Shown here: positions 20,046 through 34,373 of the stretch, piece by piece
How positions within the stretch are numbered: position 1 is the first letter of the stretch
Layout of the letters: each line of letters begins with the position of its first letter
NCBI GenBank assembly: GCA_965223415.1
Contig: OZ245002.1
Location: forward strand, 5,760,001-5,824,000
Source: Myxococcota bacterium
Lineage (GTDB): Bacteria; Myxococcota_A; UBA9160; UBA6930
Direction: 5' to 3'
DNA length: 64,000 nucleotides
The notes under the pieces: model-generated
Seen by the model: the letters and a program-made list of their open reading frames with translations, nothing else
Database searches by the model: none
Told to the model about the DNA's origin: nothing
Program-made: the position numbers and the translations under genes

Positions 20046-21836
20046 TCACTCGGAGTCCGGACGGAGCACGAGGAAATGCTCGTCGTCTCCTACGTGGACG
20101 TTGCGGGTCGTGATCCGTCCGTCCGGAAAGCGAGCGACCACCCGCCGCAGACCCTGGGGCACGATCAGCTCGCCGAGGGGCGTCTCGCCCTTGGGCTCGC
20201 CATCGATCTCGATCGACGCCCAGGGAATCGCGTTCACGCTGAGCCGCCCCGGGGCGGGAGCCTCCGAGGGCGCGGGGGCCCGGGAAGGCGGCGGGGGAGG
20301 CGACTCGACGACGGGCGCAGCCGCGGGGCTGCCGGCCCGTGGCGAAGGCGTCGCGACCCGGGCCTCGCGCGGCGGCGCCGCCGCAACGTCCGGACGGGTG
20401 GCGGGCGACGGCTCGGCCGCGACGTCCGGGCGCGGCTCCGGCGGCGGCTCGACGACCACCTCGGGAGGCGCTTCCGGCTGCGGCTCCACGGCCAGTTCGG
20501 GGCGCGATTCCGGCTGCGCCTCGACCGCGACTTCGGGGCGCGATTCCGGCTGCGCCTCAACCGCGACTTCGGGACGGGCGTCGGGCTGCGCCTGCTCCGC
20601 CGGATCGGATTGAGTCAGGAAGGCGCCCACCGCGCCGAGCAGCAAACCGGCCACCAGGCCTGCGGCCACGACGCGCGCTCGCTCGCTCTGGAGCAGCGGC
20701 CGCCCGACGTCCTGCGCACCGCGAAGCCACGAGCGCCCCTGCCGAAGCAGCGCGGAGCCGACGCGGCGGCCTCGCAGGGCGAGGGCCCGGAGCGGGACGA
20801 CGTCGGGTGCGGCCCGCACCGCCGGCCCCGCCTGCGTGCTCGGCTCGTCGGGGGACGTGGCGACCGGGGCGACCGCCTGCGCGACCTCCGCGCCCGGAAC
20901 GGCCGCCGCGGGCGGGGTCGCCGGCGGCTCGGGGCGGCGGAAGGTGAACGGGAGGTTCCTGGCAATCTCCTCGATCGCCTCGCGGTCCGTCTTCGGGCGG
21001 GGCGTTTCGGTGCCGGGGCGGCGAGCCGGGGCGGGCGGCGCATCGATCGGCGGCTCGGGCGCCGCGATCTTCTCGGCCGGAGGCGGTGCGAGATCGACGG
21101 GCGGTGAGGACGGCGGCGACGACGGGATCGGATCGCCGCGAGCCTCCGGCTCCTCCGACGCCTCCGGGCCGACGCCCTGCAGCAGCTTGATCGTCAGGCC
21201 GTGGAGCGTGTTCGTGCTGCCCGCGGCCCGGCGATGGAGATCGGCGATCGTCGCGTCGTCGAAGCGGGCGCAGACCTCCTCCGACGCACCGCTCTGCTCC
21301 AGCCGTTCGCGCAGGTACTCCCGGGTCTCGGCGAGGGTCATCGGCTCGGTCAGCCAGACCTCACCCTGGGGCGGGTCCTCGTCGTCCTCGGGCGTCGCCG
21401 TCTCACTCACCAGCAGCCGAAGCCCCTCCTGGTGGGCGCACGCGCGAGCGAGATGGCGACGGGTCTCCTGGGGCTGGAGGTGGGCGTCGTCGACCATCAA
21501 CAGGAGCGCACCCCCGCGGCGGTGGGCCCGCGCGGCGGCGTGGGCCACTGCCGCCTCCGGATCGCCGCGGGCACCCAGCTCGTCGGCCACCCAGGCCCAC
21601 AGCTCCTGGGGCTCCAGCTTCGGGTAGGGAAGGTACACGCACCGCCACGCGGGACCGAGCCGCTCGGCGACCAGGCGGAGTAGCAGCGTCTTGCCGAGGC
21701 CGGCGGGCCCGGCCAGGCGCACGCAGAGATCGCCGCCGTGGAGGAGCCGGAGCAGCCCGGCCAGGGCCCTCTCCATCGCCGGACGCGGCACGTAGCTCTC
21801 GGTCGCGGCGGTCAGGGGAAAGGGATCGAAGGGCAC
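20046..21836 (-). CDS. ExeA-like AAA ATPase + Pro-rich linker + TM + repeat stalk + PEGA-like domain
   Basis: DPFPLT start, Walker A GPAGLGKT, Walker B LLMVDDAH, TM VVAAGLVAGLLLGAVGAFL, and C-terminal LSVNAIPWASIEIDGEPKGETP. Confidence 0.75.
   Translation of the reverse strand: MPFDPFPLTAATESYVPRPAMERALAGLLRLLHGGDLCVRLAGPAGLGKTLLLRLVAERLGPAWRCVYLPYPKLEPQELWAWVADELGARGDPEAAVAHAAARAHRRGGALLLMVDDAHLQPQETRRHLARACAHQEGLRLLVSETATPEDDEDPPQGEVWLTEPMTLAETREYLRERLEQSGASEEVCARFDDATIADLHRRAAGSTNTLHGLTIKLLQGVGPEASEEPEARGDPIPSSPPSSPPVDLAPPPAEKIAAPEPPIDAPPAPARRPGTETPRPKTDREAIEEIARNLPFTFRRPEPPATPPAAAVPGAEVAQAVAPVATSPDEPSTQAGPAVRAAPDVVPLRALALRGRRVGSALLRQGRSWLRGAQDVGRPLLQSERARVVAAGLVAGLLLGAVGAFLTQSDPAEQAQPDARPEVAVEAQPESRPEVAVEAQPESRPELAVEPQPEAPPEVVVEPPPEPRPDVAAEPSPATRPDVAAAPPREARVATPSPRAGSPAAAPVVESPPPPPSRAPAPSEAPAPGRLSVNAIPWASIEIDGEPKGETPLGELIVPQGLRRVVARFPDGRITTRNVHVGDDEHFLVLRPDSE
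20377..20592 (-). repeat. 36-bp (12-aa) intragenic tandem repeat, about 6 copies
   Basis: AQPDARPEVAVE/AQPESRPEVAVE/AQPESRPELAVE/PQPEAPPEVVVE/PPPEPRPDVAAE/PSPATRPDVAAA. The DNA units at 20496-20531 and 20532-20567 are nearly identical. Confidence 0.85.
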
Positions 21837-21841
21837 GGTGC

Positions 21842-22681
21842 TCAGTCCCGGAACGCCGGCAGTTTGGTCGTGGCTTCGAGGGTGCGCGCGGAGAAGAGCG
21901 TGTCGGGGATCTCCGGGTTCACGCGAATGCGCCGGAAGTACACGTCGGTGACGACGCCCTCTTCCTCTCCTTCGATCACCCAGTGGCTGGGCAGCAGGTG
22001 GCCCGGAAAGGGCACCATCTCTTCGGCCGGCGCCAGGATCGTCCGCCCCGGGGTCTCGGAGCCGGGCCGGAAGTAGCGGGCCTCCCGGATCGCGTAGCTG
22101 CCGGGCTCGATGAAGATCTCGACGCTCGAATAGCCGGTGTCCTTGAACGGCTCGACGCGCACCCGGTGGACCCGTTCGTCCCCGCGCTGCTCCACGCTCC
22201 GCCCGACGACGGCGAACTCGTCCGCATGGTTCACCTCCAGGTCCCCGAGGTGCAGGTCGGTCCCCAGGACCAGGTCCGCGCGTTGGGCGCTGGTGAAGCG
22301 GCGGACGCGCTGGAACTGGGGGAGGAAGAGGAAGCGGTCGTAGCTCGCCCCCCCACGGTGCTCGATCCGCAGCGAACGCAGGCCGTAGAGCTCGTTGCCC
22401 AGGCGGTAGTCGAGGAGGCTGTGGGCGCGGCCGCCGATCCGCTTGCGCGCCTGGGTAACCTCGTGCCGGCGCACCACCTTGCCGTCCTTGCGGGTCACGA
22501 TCTCCACGTGCTGGGAGAGGTCGACGCCGTAGAGGTTCTGGAAGGCGCGCTCGAGCACCTCTCTTCCCGAAACGTGGTGGAGCGGGTCGTCGACGACGGG
22601 AAAGGCGTCGCCCAGGGATTGGGACGCCGCCGGAGCCGCCGCGGCCAGCACCAGCCAGACGATCGCCGAGCCTCGGATCAC
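21842..22681 (-). CDS. LolA-like outer-membrane lipoprotein-sorting protein
   Basis: Signal peptide, DRFLFLPQFQRVRRF, LVLGTDLHLGDL, and VNPEIPDTLFSARTL ending. GTG start overlaps the upstream stop. Confidence 0.75.
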   Translation of the reverse strand: MIRGSAIVWLVLAAAAPAASQSLGDAFPVVDDPLHHVSGREVLERAFQNLYGVDLSQHVEIVTRKDGKVVRRHEVTQARKRIGGRAHSLLDYRLGNELYGLRSLRIEHRGGASYDRFLFLPQFQRVRRFTSAQRADLVLGTDLHLGDLEVNHADEFAVVGRSVEQRGDERVHRVRVEPFKDTGYSSVEIFIEPGSYAIREARYFRPGSETPGRTILAPAEEMVPFPGHLLPSHWVIEGEEEGVVTDVYFRRIRVNPEIPDTLFSARTLEATTKLPAFRD

Positions 22682-23577
22682 GGCGTGCCCCGCTCGAGCC
22701 ACCAGGTGCGCAGCGGCGGCTCCCGCATCGGGAAGTCCAGGACGTGCACGCTGGCGACCTCGCCCGGCGCGAGCCGCAGCGGGCCGATGATCTCCGGCGG
22801 CGACACGTCGAGCCACACCGTCACGTCGCCGGGGATCACCGAGACCGTGTCCCCGGAGCGGCCCGCGGCGAGGGCGTCGCCGTCCGGCGCGTGACCGATG
22901 CGCACCTGGAAGCTCGGCTCGCTCGGGGACAGGCGGCCCACCAACGGCCCGGGCCCCTCGATGCGCGGCCGCAGGCCGGCCAGACAGCTCGGAACGGCAA
23001 CCTCCGGTGGGACGACCCAGTCGATCCAGAGCCCGCGGGTGCTCAGCTGCTGGGCGGCGACGCAGAGATCGGAGCAGGCATCCTCCAGCGCGGCGCTGAA
23101 GACGACGAGCCGCTCGGACGAGCGCGCCGAGCGGGGCTCGACCGCGACACCGCGGAGCGCCGCCGCCAGGGAGCCGGAGCCGCCCGAACTGGCGCGCTGG
23201 AGCTGCGCCGCGAGATCCTGGCCCGTGCGCGGCTCGAGCCGCAGCCCCTCGTCGCAGCCCTCGGCCGTCGCGTGGCCGACCAGCCGCGCGCGCGTCAGGC
23301 TCCCGGGCGGGAGCGCGTCGACGAAGGCCGAGGCGTGTCCGAGCGACCGCCCGCCAGAGCCCCCCCGCGCGTCGACGAGCACCTCCACGGGCGTCGGCGG
23401 ATCGCCGAGAGGCGTGTCCGGAACCGCGAAGCCCCGGTGCACCTGCACCGAGAGCTGGGCGGGGCCCGACGGGCCCGGCGCCTGCAAGGACGGCAGGGCC
23501 TGGCAGCCCACCAGGGTCAGGGCGGCGAAGAGGGGCGCAAGCCCGTTCCATTCCTCGAGGGGAAAGGGGAGCCTCAT
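22678..23577 (-). CDS. Lipoprotein with degenerate vWA-like domain
   Basis: Lipobox LTLVG-C. VEVLVDARGGS and LVVFSAALEDACSDLCVAAQQL echo vWA strands but lack the MIDAS residues. Confidence 0.6.
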   Translation of the reverse strand: MRLPFPLEEWNGLAPLFAALTLVGCQALPSLQAPGPSGPAQLSVQVHRGFAVPDTPLGDPPTPVEVLVDARGGSGGRSLGHASAFVDALPPGSLTRARLVGHATAEGCDEGLRLEPRTGQDLAAQLQRASSGGSGSLAAALRGVAVEPRSARSSERLVVFSAALEDACSDLCVAAQQLSTRGLWIDWVVPPEVAVPSCLAGLRPRIEGPGPLVGRLSPSEPSFQVRIGHAPDGDALAAGRSGDTVSVIPGDVTVWLDVSPPEIIGPLRLAPGEVASVHVLDFPMREPPLRTWWLERGTP

Positions 23578-24665
23578 GTCCCGTTCCGAACCGCCTCGAA
23601 GGCGCGCCGAACCTTGGGCGGCGTGGAGGCCCCGAGCTCCAGGCCGGGCTGCGCCCGGAGTGCGCGACGGAAGTGCTCCTGGGCGGCGCCCTCTTGGCCC
23701 AGGGCGATCTGGGCGGTGCCGGCCAGGAGCTCCGCCCGCGCCACGCGGTCGCGCCGCGCCTGCTCCGCCGGGAGCTCCTCCGAGGCGCGCACCACCTGGG
23801 GCAGCAGCTCGAGGGCACTGCGGAAGCGCGCCTGGTCGATGAGCCGCTGGGCATCGGCCAGCACCACGTCCACCGCATCGAGGGGGGACGGCTCGGGCAG
23901 GGCAGGTTCCGCCACCGGCGGCGCGGCGGCCACCACCGCGGGGCCGGGAACATCGGCCTCCAGAGCCGCGCCCGTCACCGCGGGACCGGGAAGGTCCGAC
24001 TCGGGGGCCGAGGCCTGCGGCGCCGGCGTGGGGGCAACGGGCTCGGGAGGCGAGGGCTCGGGCGGCGGAGCCCCCGCCACCGGGGAGGGCGCCGGCTCCG
24101 CGGGCTCGGTCTCGGGAACCGCCTGCATCCGAACCACGACCACCGGCGCGGGCTCCGGGGCCGGTGCCGCCTCACGCTCGGGCGGCGGTGCGCTCGGAGC
24201 GGCGACCTGCGCGGAGGCGTCGGACCGGCGCGGCACGAGCGCGAGGCGAAGCGCTCCGTCCACGCTCTCCGCGGTGCCGGACGGGCCCTCGAAGGGACTG
24301 TCGCCCGCGAGACCGAGGGCCCGGTGGACGTTCTCGGCGGCGACCTCTTCCGCCCGCCGGGCGATCTGCTCGTTGCCCGGATCGAGGCATCGCGCGTGGC
24401 TCCAGAAGCGGTAGGCCTCGATCCGATCGATGGGCTCGAGTACGAGCGCCAACCGGTTCAGCTCCGCCACCCGCGCACGGGCCCACTCGGCCTGGGCCTT
24501 CTGCGGGTGGTCGACCGTGGGGAGCGGATCGGGCTCGCCCGGCCAGGCCGGACACGCACGTCCCTCCGCCGAGCGGGCGGCGACGAGGAGGACGAGGAGA
24601 AGGAAGAGGACGACGGACGCGTGACCGCGACGCGAAGGCCCCTGCATCGGAGGGGGAAGGGACAT
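23574..24665 (-). CDS. Secreted protein with Pro-rich linker and C-terminal TPR-like domain
   Basis: Signal peptide and a Cys-containing N-domain. C-terminus AQIALGQEGAAQEHFRRALRAQPGLELGASTPPKVRRAFEAVR. Confidence 0.65.
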   Translation of the reverse strand: MSLPPPMQGPSRRGHASVVLFLLLVLLVAARSAEGRACPAWPGEPDPLPTVDHPQKAQAEWARARVAELNRLALVLEPIDRIEAYRFWSHARCLDPGNEQIARRAEEVAAENVHRALGLAGDSPFEGPSGTAESVDGALRLALVPRRSDASAQVAAPSAPPPEREAAPAPEPAPVVVVRMQAVPETEPAEPAPSPVAGAPPPEPSPPEPVAPTPAPQASAPESDLPGPAVTGAALEADVPGPAVVAAAPPVAEPALPEPSPLDAVDVVLADAQRLIDQARFRSALELLPQVVRASEELPAEQARRDRVARAELLAGTAQIALGQEGAAQEHFRRALRAQPGLELGASTPPKVRRAFEAVRNGT

Positions 24666-24735
24666 TCAAACAGGATTCTACGACGGATCCCGACGGGAAT
24701 CTCCCTCCAATACGCGCATCGCGAATCGGAACCGG

Positions 24736-27258
24736 CTACGGCTCGGACGCGCGCTCCTCGATGGCGGAGAGCAGCGCAGGGACGTCGATGCTCGCCTCCA
24801 GCACCCGCCGCAGCGGGTCCCCGCTCTTCTCCAGGCGCTTCCGGGCGGTGCGGAGGTTCCACCTCGTCGGATCCAAGCGTCGGGTCACCTGGGGCCAGGT
24901 CAGGGGCATCGACACCGGGGCTCCGGGGCGTGGCCGCACCGAGAGGGGCGACGCGATCAGCTGCCCCCGGGCGTTCTGCCCGTAGTCCACGTAGACCTTG
25001 CCGCCGCGGCTGGCGGCGGGCCGCGTCACGGTCGCGATCCCCGGCAAGGCCGCCACCACGCGCCGGGCGAGCACCTCGGCCAGGGTGCGCGACTCCTTGT
25101 GGGTGAGCTGCCCTCCGAGGGGCAGCAGGATGTGCAGCCCGTCCTGGCCGGACGTCTTCACGAAGTGGCACACGTCCAGAGCCTCGAGCTGCCGATGCAG
25201 CTCCCGTGCGATCGCCACCACGTCGGCGAAGGGCGCCTCCTTCGGGTCGAGGTCCACGATGCACCAGTCCGGATGCTCGAGATCGGTGATGCGGGAGCTC
25301 CACACGTGCAGGGGGATCGCGCCGGAGTTGACCACGTAGAGCAGCGTGCGCAGCTCGTTGCAGACGAAGTAGTCGGTGCCATCGATCGTCTCGCGCTGCA
25401 CCCAGGCGGGCGTGAAGCTGGGCGCGTTCTTCTGGTAGAAGTGCTTGCCCTCGATGCCGTCCGGGTAGCGAGTGAGCACGACCGGGCGATCGCGCAGGTA
25501 GGGCGCGATCCAGGGCCAGACCCCCTCGTAGTAGGCCAGCAGGTCGCCCTTCGTGTAGCCGCTGGCCGGCCAGAACACCTTGTCCTGGCGGGTGAGCTGG
25601 AGCTCCTCGCCCTGGGCCGGCGGATCGGGGGTCGGCAGGTCGGGTTCGGCCGCGGGCCGCGCCCCCGGCGCCGCGCACTCGGCGAGCGACACGTCCGGGA
25701 GCAGCCGGCGGAACACCGGATGGCGGAGCGTCCCGTTCGAAGTGAGGTCTGTGTAGCCCGCCTCGCAGACGAGCTCCGGCTCCAGGTAGCGCGTGCCGTC
25801 GGGCGGACGCTCGGGCCCGTCGCGCATGGCGGGTGTCGCCCGCTGCAGGCGCTCGGCGTCGGCAAGGATCTCGTCGATGTGGCCGTCCCGGAGGCCGGAG
25901 CCCGCGTTGCCCACGTAGCAGAGCTCGCCGTCGCGCCAGCCCGCGAGCATCACCGAGCCCAGCGAACGGCGGGAGCCCTGACCGGGCGAGATACCGACGA
26001 TCGCCAGGGCGGCGGAGCGCGGCACCTTGATCTTGAGCCAGCGCTTCGAGCGGCGGCCGTCTTCGTAGGGGGCGTCGGACCGCTTGGCCACGACGCCTTC
26101 GAGGCCGTGCTCGGTGGCGGCGGCGAAGAGCACCTCGCCGTCTCCTTCGACGTGGTCCGCGAAGCGAAGCGTCCCGATCGGCGGGACGCACCGGGCGAGC
26201 AGGCCCTTGCGCTCCACGAGGGACAGTGCACGCAGGTCGAAGCCCGCGGCGCCGAGCAGGTCGAAGGCGTAGAAGACCGTCGGCACCTCGACCACGCCGC
26301 GGGCGATCGCGGCGGCGTCGGTCTGGGTGAAGCGTCGGGTCAGGTCGCCGAACGACGCGCGCCCGGAGGCATCGAGGGCGACGACCTCGCCGTCGAGGAG
26401 CGCGTCGTCGAGCGGAAGGTGGCGGAGCGCGGTGGCGATCTCCGGATAGACGGCCGTGCGGTCCCGGCCCAGCCGCGAGAAGAGCCGCACCGCGTCGCCG
26501 CGCTTCTCGGCGAGGAGGCGCACCCCGTCGTACTTGAGCTCGAACAGCCAGGCGGGGTCCGAAAAGGCGGTCTTGCGAACGTCGGCGAGCATCGGCCGCA
26601 GCCGGGCGGCGTCGAGCTCGGCGCGCCGCGCGCCGGCGGCCTCGGCCGCCGCGGCCACCGCCTCGTCGCGGCGGGTGCCGGCTTCGAGCTCGTCCACCGT
26701 GAGCCCGGAGAACACGGAGGCGGGCTGGGCCTCCACCAGCTCGCGGTCCTCCGGGGGCGTCGCCCCCTTCTTGAAGAGCAGCCAGTCCCGCTCGCCGTCC
26801 CGGGCGGTACGCACCAGGGCGAAGCGGCCGCGCAGCTTCGAGCCCTCGAGCAGCAGGTCGAGCTTGCCGGCGGCCAGGCCCTCGGCCGGCGTGCGGCCGT
26901 CCACGCTCCGGTAGACGCCGTGGTCCCAGACGATCATCGCGCCGGCGCCGTAGTTGCCCTCCGGGATGACGCCCTCGAAGTCGCCGTACTCGAGGGGGTG
27001 GTCCTCGGTCTGCACGGCGAGGCGCTTCTCCGCCGGGTCCAGGCTCGGCCCCCGCGGCACCGCCCAGCTCACCAGGACCCCTTCGATCTCGAGGCGCAGG
27101 TCCCAGTGCATGCGGCTGGCGTCGTGCTGCTGGACCACGAAGCGGCGGCGGGCATCGGGGGGAAGAGCACGCGGCGCAGCACCCCCGGAGAGATCCCCGA
27201 AGGGCTCCGGCGTGCGATCCGGGTCGCGCTTCTTCCGGTAAAGCCGGAGATCTGCCAT
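24736..27258 (-). CDS. ligD: NHEJ DNA ligase D (phosphoesterase-ligase-polymerase)
   Basis: PE domain FVVQQHDASRMHWDLRLE. Ligase FELKYDG, EGVVAK and WLKIK. Polymerase TRYPDGI, DLDP and KTSGQDGLH. Confidence 0.96.
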   Translation of the reverse strand: MADLRLYRKKRDPDRTPEPFGDLSGGAAPRALPPDARRRFVVQQHDASRMHWDLRLEIEGVLVSWAVPRGPSLDPAEKRLAVQTEDHPLEYGDFEGVIPEGNYGAGAMIVWDHGVYRSVDGRTPAEGLAAGKLDLLLEGSKLRGRFALVRTARDGERDWLLFKKGATPPEDRELVEAQPASVFSGLTVDELEAGTRRDEAVAAAAEAAGARRAELDAARLRPMLADVRKTAFSDPAWLFELKYDGVRLLAEKRGDAVRLFSRLGRDRTAVYPEIATALRHLPLDDALLDGEVVALDASGRASFGDLTRRFTQTDAAAIARGVVEVPTVFYAFDLLGAAGFDLRALSLVERKGLLARCVPPIGTLRFADHVEGDGEVLFAAATEHGLEGVVAKRSDAPYEDGRRSKRWLKIKVPRSAALAIVGISPGQGSRRSLGSVMLAGWRDGELCYVGNAGSGLRDGHIDEILADAERLQRATPAMRDGPERPPDGTRYLEPELVCEAGYTDLTSNGTLRHPVFRRLLPDVSLAECAAPGARPAAEPDLPTPDPPAQGEELQLTRQDKVFWPASGYTKGDLLAYYEGVWPWIAPYLRDRPVVLTRYPDGIEGKHFYQKNAPSFTPAWVQRETIDGTDYFVCNELRTLLYVVNSGAIPLHVWSSRITDLEHPDWCIVDLDPKEAPFADVVAIARELHRQLEALDVCHFVKTSGQDGLHILLPLGGQLTHKESRTLAEVLARRVVAALPGIATVTRPAASRGGKVYVDYGQNARGQLIASPLSVRPRPGAPVSMPLTWPQVTRRLDPTRWNLRTARKRLEKSGDPLRRVLEASIDVPALLSAIEERASEP

Positions 27259-27336
27259 GACGAACCGCCCGTATGGTAGTCTGACTGTCCCTCTCTTCCC
27301 CACACCGGCAACCTTCCCCCTGCAGGTGTCTCCTCC

Positions 27337-28188
27337 ATGGCAGCCCGCGCGACGTCCTCTGGGACGATTTCCTTCGGCCTGGTGTCGATTCCGGTCAAGG
27401 TCTACGCGGCGACGCGTTCCAAGAGCGTCCGCTTCAACATGCTGGACCCCAAGGATCGCTCCCGCGTGAAGCAGCAGCTCGTGAACGCCCAGACCGGCGA
27501 AGCGGTCGAACGCGGCGAGACCCTCAAGGGCTACGAACACGCCCGGGACCAGTACGTGGTGTTCGACGAGGCCGAGCTGAAGGCCCTCGAGCACAAGAGC
27601 GACAAGTCGATCGAGATCGAGGAGTTCGTCCCGATCGAGCGGGTCGACCCCCGCTACTTCGCGGGCGCCCAGCTGCTCGGTCCGGACAAGGGCGGCCAGA
27701 AGGCCTACCGGCTGCTGAACGAGTCCATGACAATGATGGGCCAGGTGGCCATCGGGCGCTGGAACACGCGCGGCAAGCAGCAGCTCGTCCTGATCCGTCC
27801 GGTGCAGCGCGGCCTCATGCTGCACGCCCTCCACTACGCCGACGAGATCCGCGACTTCGACGAGATCGAGTTCGGCGACGAGGTGACGCTGAAGAAGGGC
27901 GAGGTGGACCTCGCCACCCAGCTCATCGAGCAGCTCGAGAGTGCGGAGTTCAAGCCCGAGAAGTACGAGGACGGCTACCGCCAGGCGGTGCTCGAGGCGG
28001 TGGACCGCAAGGTCGCCGGCGAAGAGGTCGTCCTCGCGAAGCCCGCCGAGACCCAGGAACAGATCATCGACCTGGTCGCGGCGCTGAAGAAGAGCCTCGA
28101 GGAGAAGAGCGCCGACGCCCCAAAGAAGGTCGGCCCCAAGAAGGTCACCCAGCCGAAAAAGGCCCCCGCCAAGCGCAAGCGCGCCTAG
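27337..28188 (+). CDS. ku: Prokaryotic Ku protein
   Basis: GTISFGLVSIPVKVY, KGYE, FKPEKYEDGY, IIDLVAALKKSL and a basic tail. Confidence 0.96.
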   Translation: MAARATSSGTISFGLVSIPVKVYAATRSKSVRFNMLDPKDRSRVKQQLVNAQTGEAVERGETLKGYEHARDQYVVFDEAELKALEHKSDKSIEIEEFVPIERVDPRYFAGAQLLGPDKGGQKAYRLLNESMTMMGQVAIGRWNTRGKQQLVLIRPVQRGLMLHALHYADEIRDFDEIEFGDEVTLKKGEVDLATQLIEQLESAEFKPEKYEDGYRQAVLEAVDRKVAGEEVVLAKPAETQEQIIDLVAALKKSLEEKSADAPKKVGPKKVTQPKKAPAKRKRA

Positions 28189-28195
28189 GAACGCA

Positions 28196-28265
28196 AGAAC
28201 GGGGACGTTCCTTGCAACTTGCGTTCTTCGCCCAAAACGCAAGTTGCAAGGAACGTCCCCGTTCT
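28196..28265. repeat. Perfect 30-bp inverted repeat with 10-nt loop (REP-like hairpin)
   Basis: AGAACGGGGACGTTCCTTGCAACTTGCGTT (28196-28225) and its exact reverse complement (28236-28265). Confidence 0.9.
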
Positions 28266-28348
28266 GTCACGTGTGCAATCCAGTCGCGAGTGCCTAGAAT
28301 CGGGCCATCCCTCGAACCCCCCACGCCTTCGCGCTTTCGAGGATTCCG

Positions 28349-33588
<5,240 letters not shown>

Positions 33589-33596
33589 GCGCGCGC

Positions 33597-34373
33597 GTGC
33601 ACGACGAACGCATCCGCGAGGCCTTCACCCAGCAGGCGCCGACCCTGGCCGTCGCCCCCACCTTCCACGCGCAGGACGTGATGGACGCCATTCGCGCGGG
33701 GCTCGGCGGGAACGGCCGGGGCCGGCTCCTCGACGCGGGCTGCGGCCCCGGCATCGTGCTCGCGGCCGCGGGCGCGGACTTCGCCCAGGTGGAGGGGCTC
33801 GACCTCACGCCGGCCATGGTCCAGCGCGCCCGCGAGGCCTGCCACGAGGCGGGCCTGGCCTCCGCCCGCCTCCACGAAGGCTCGATGCTCGCCATGCCCT
33901 TCGAGGACGGACGCTTCGACGCGGTGGTCACGCGGCTGACCCTCCACCACCTGGAGGCGCCCGGCGACGCGCTGCGCGAGATGGCGCGGGTGCTCGCGCC
34001 GGGAGGGACGTTGGTCGTCGCGGACATCCTCGGCTGCGAGGATCCCGCCGAGGCAGCGCTCCACGACGCGCTCGAGATCCTGCGCGACCCGAGCCATGTG
34101 CGACTCCTCCCCGAGGCCCAGCTGCAGAGCCTGCTCGAGACGGCGGGGCTGCGGGTGAGCGGGTGCCAGAAGCTCACGCGGCACCGGCGCTTCGCCGAGT
34201 GGGCGGCCATCGTCGACGCGCCGGAGCGCACGGCGCCCCTCGAGCTGGCGATGCGCACGCTGGCAGCGTCGGGCTGCGGTCGCGGCATCGAGCTCCACCT
34301 GGAGGACGGCGAGCCCGCCTTCCTCCACCGCTGGGCCATCTGGACCGCCCGCAAGGACCCGCCTCGCCCATGA
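33597..34373 (+). CDS. Class I SAM-dependent methyltransferase
   Basis: LLDAGCGPG, GLDLTPAM, MPFEDGRFDAV and EMARVLAPGG. Confidence 0.9.
   Translation: MHDERIREAFTQQAPTLAVAPTFHAQDVMDAIRAGLGGNGRGRLLDAGCGPGIVLAAAGADFAQVEGLDLTPAMVQRAREACHEAGLASARLHEGSMLAMPFEDGRFDAVVTRLTLHHLEAPGDALREMARVLAPGGTLVVADILGCEDPAEAALHDALEILRDPSHVRLLPEAQLQSLLETAGLRVSGCQKLTRHRRFAEWAAIVDAPERTAPLELAMRTLAASGCGRGIELHLEDGEPAFLHRWAIWTARKDPPRP

Noticed and set aside
20377..20592. 36-bp repeats as a possible CRISPR array
   Set aside because: The units are contiguous with no unique spacers, they are in frame within a CDS, and no cas genes are present.
24736..28242. 1168-aa LigD ORF from the track, and similar N-terminal extensions of the RND, lpdA, purF, rbfA and SDR ORFs
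   Set aside because: The extensions overlap neighbouring genes. True starts were placed at internal codons where family similarity begins.
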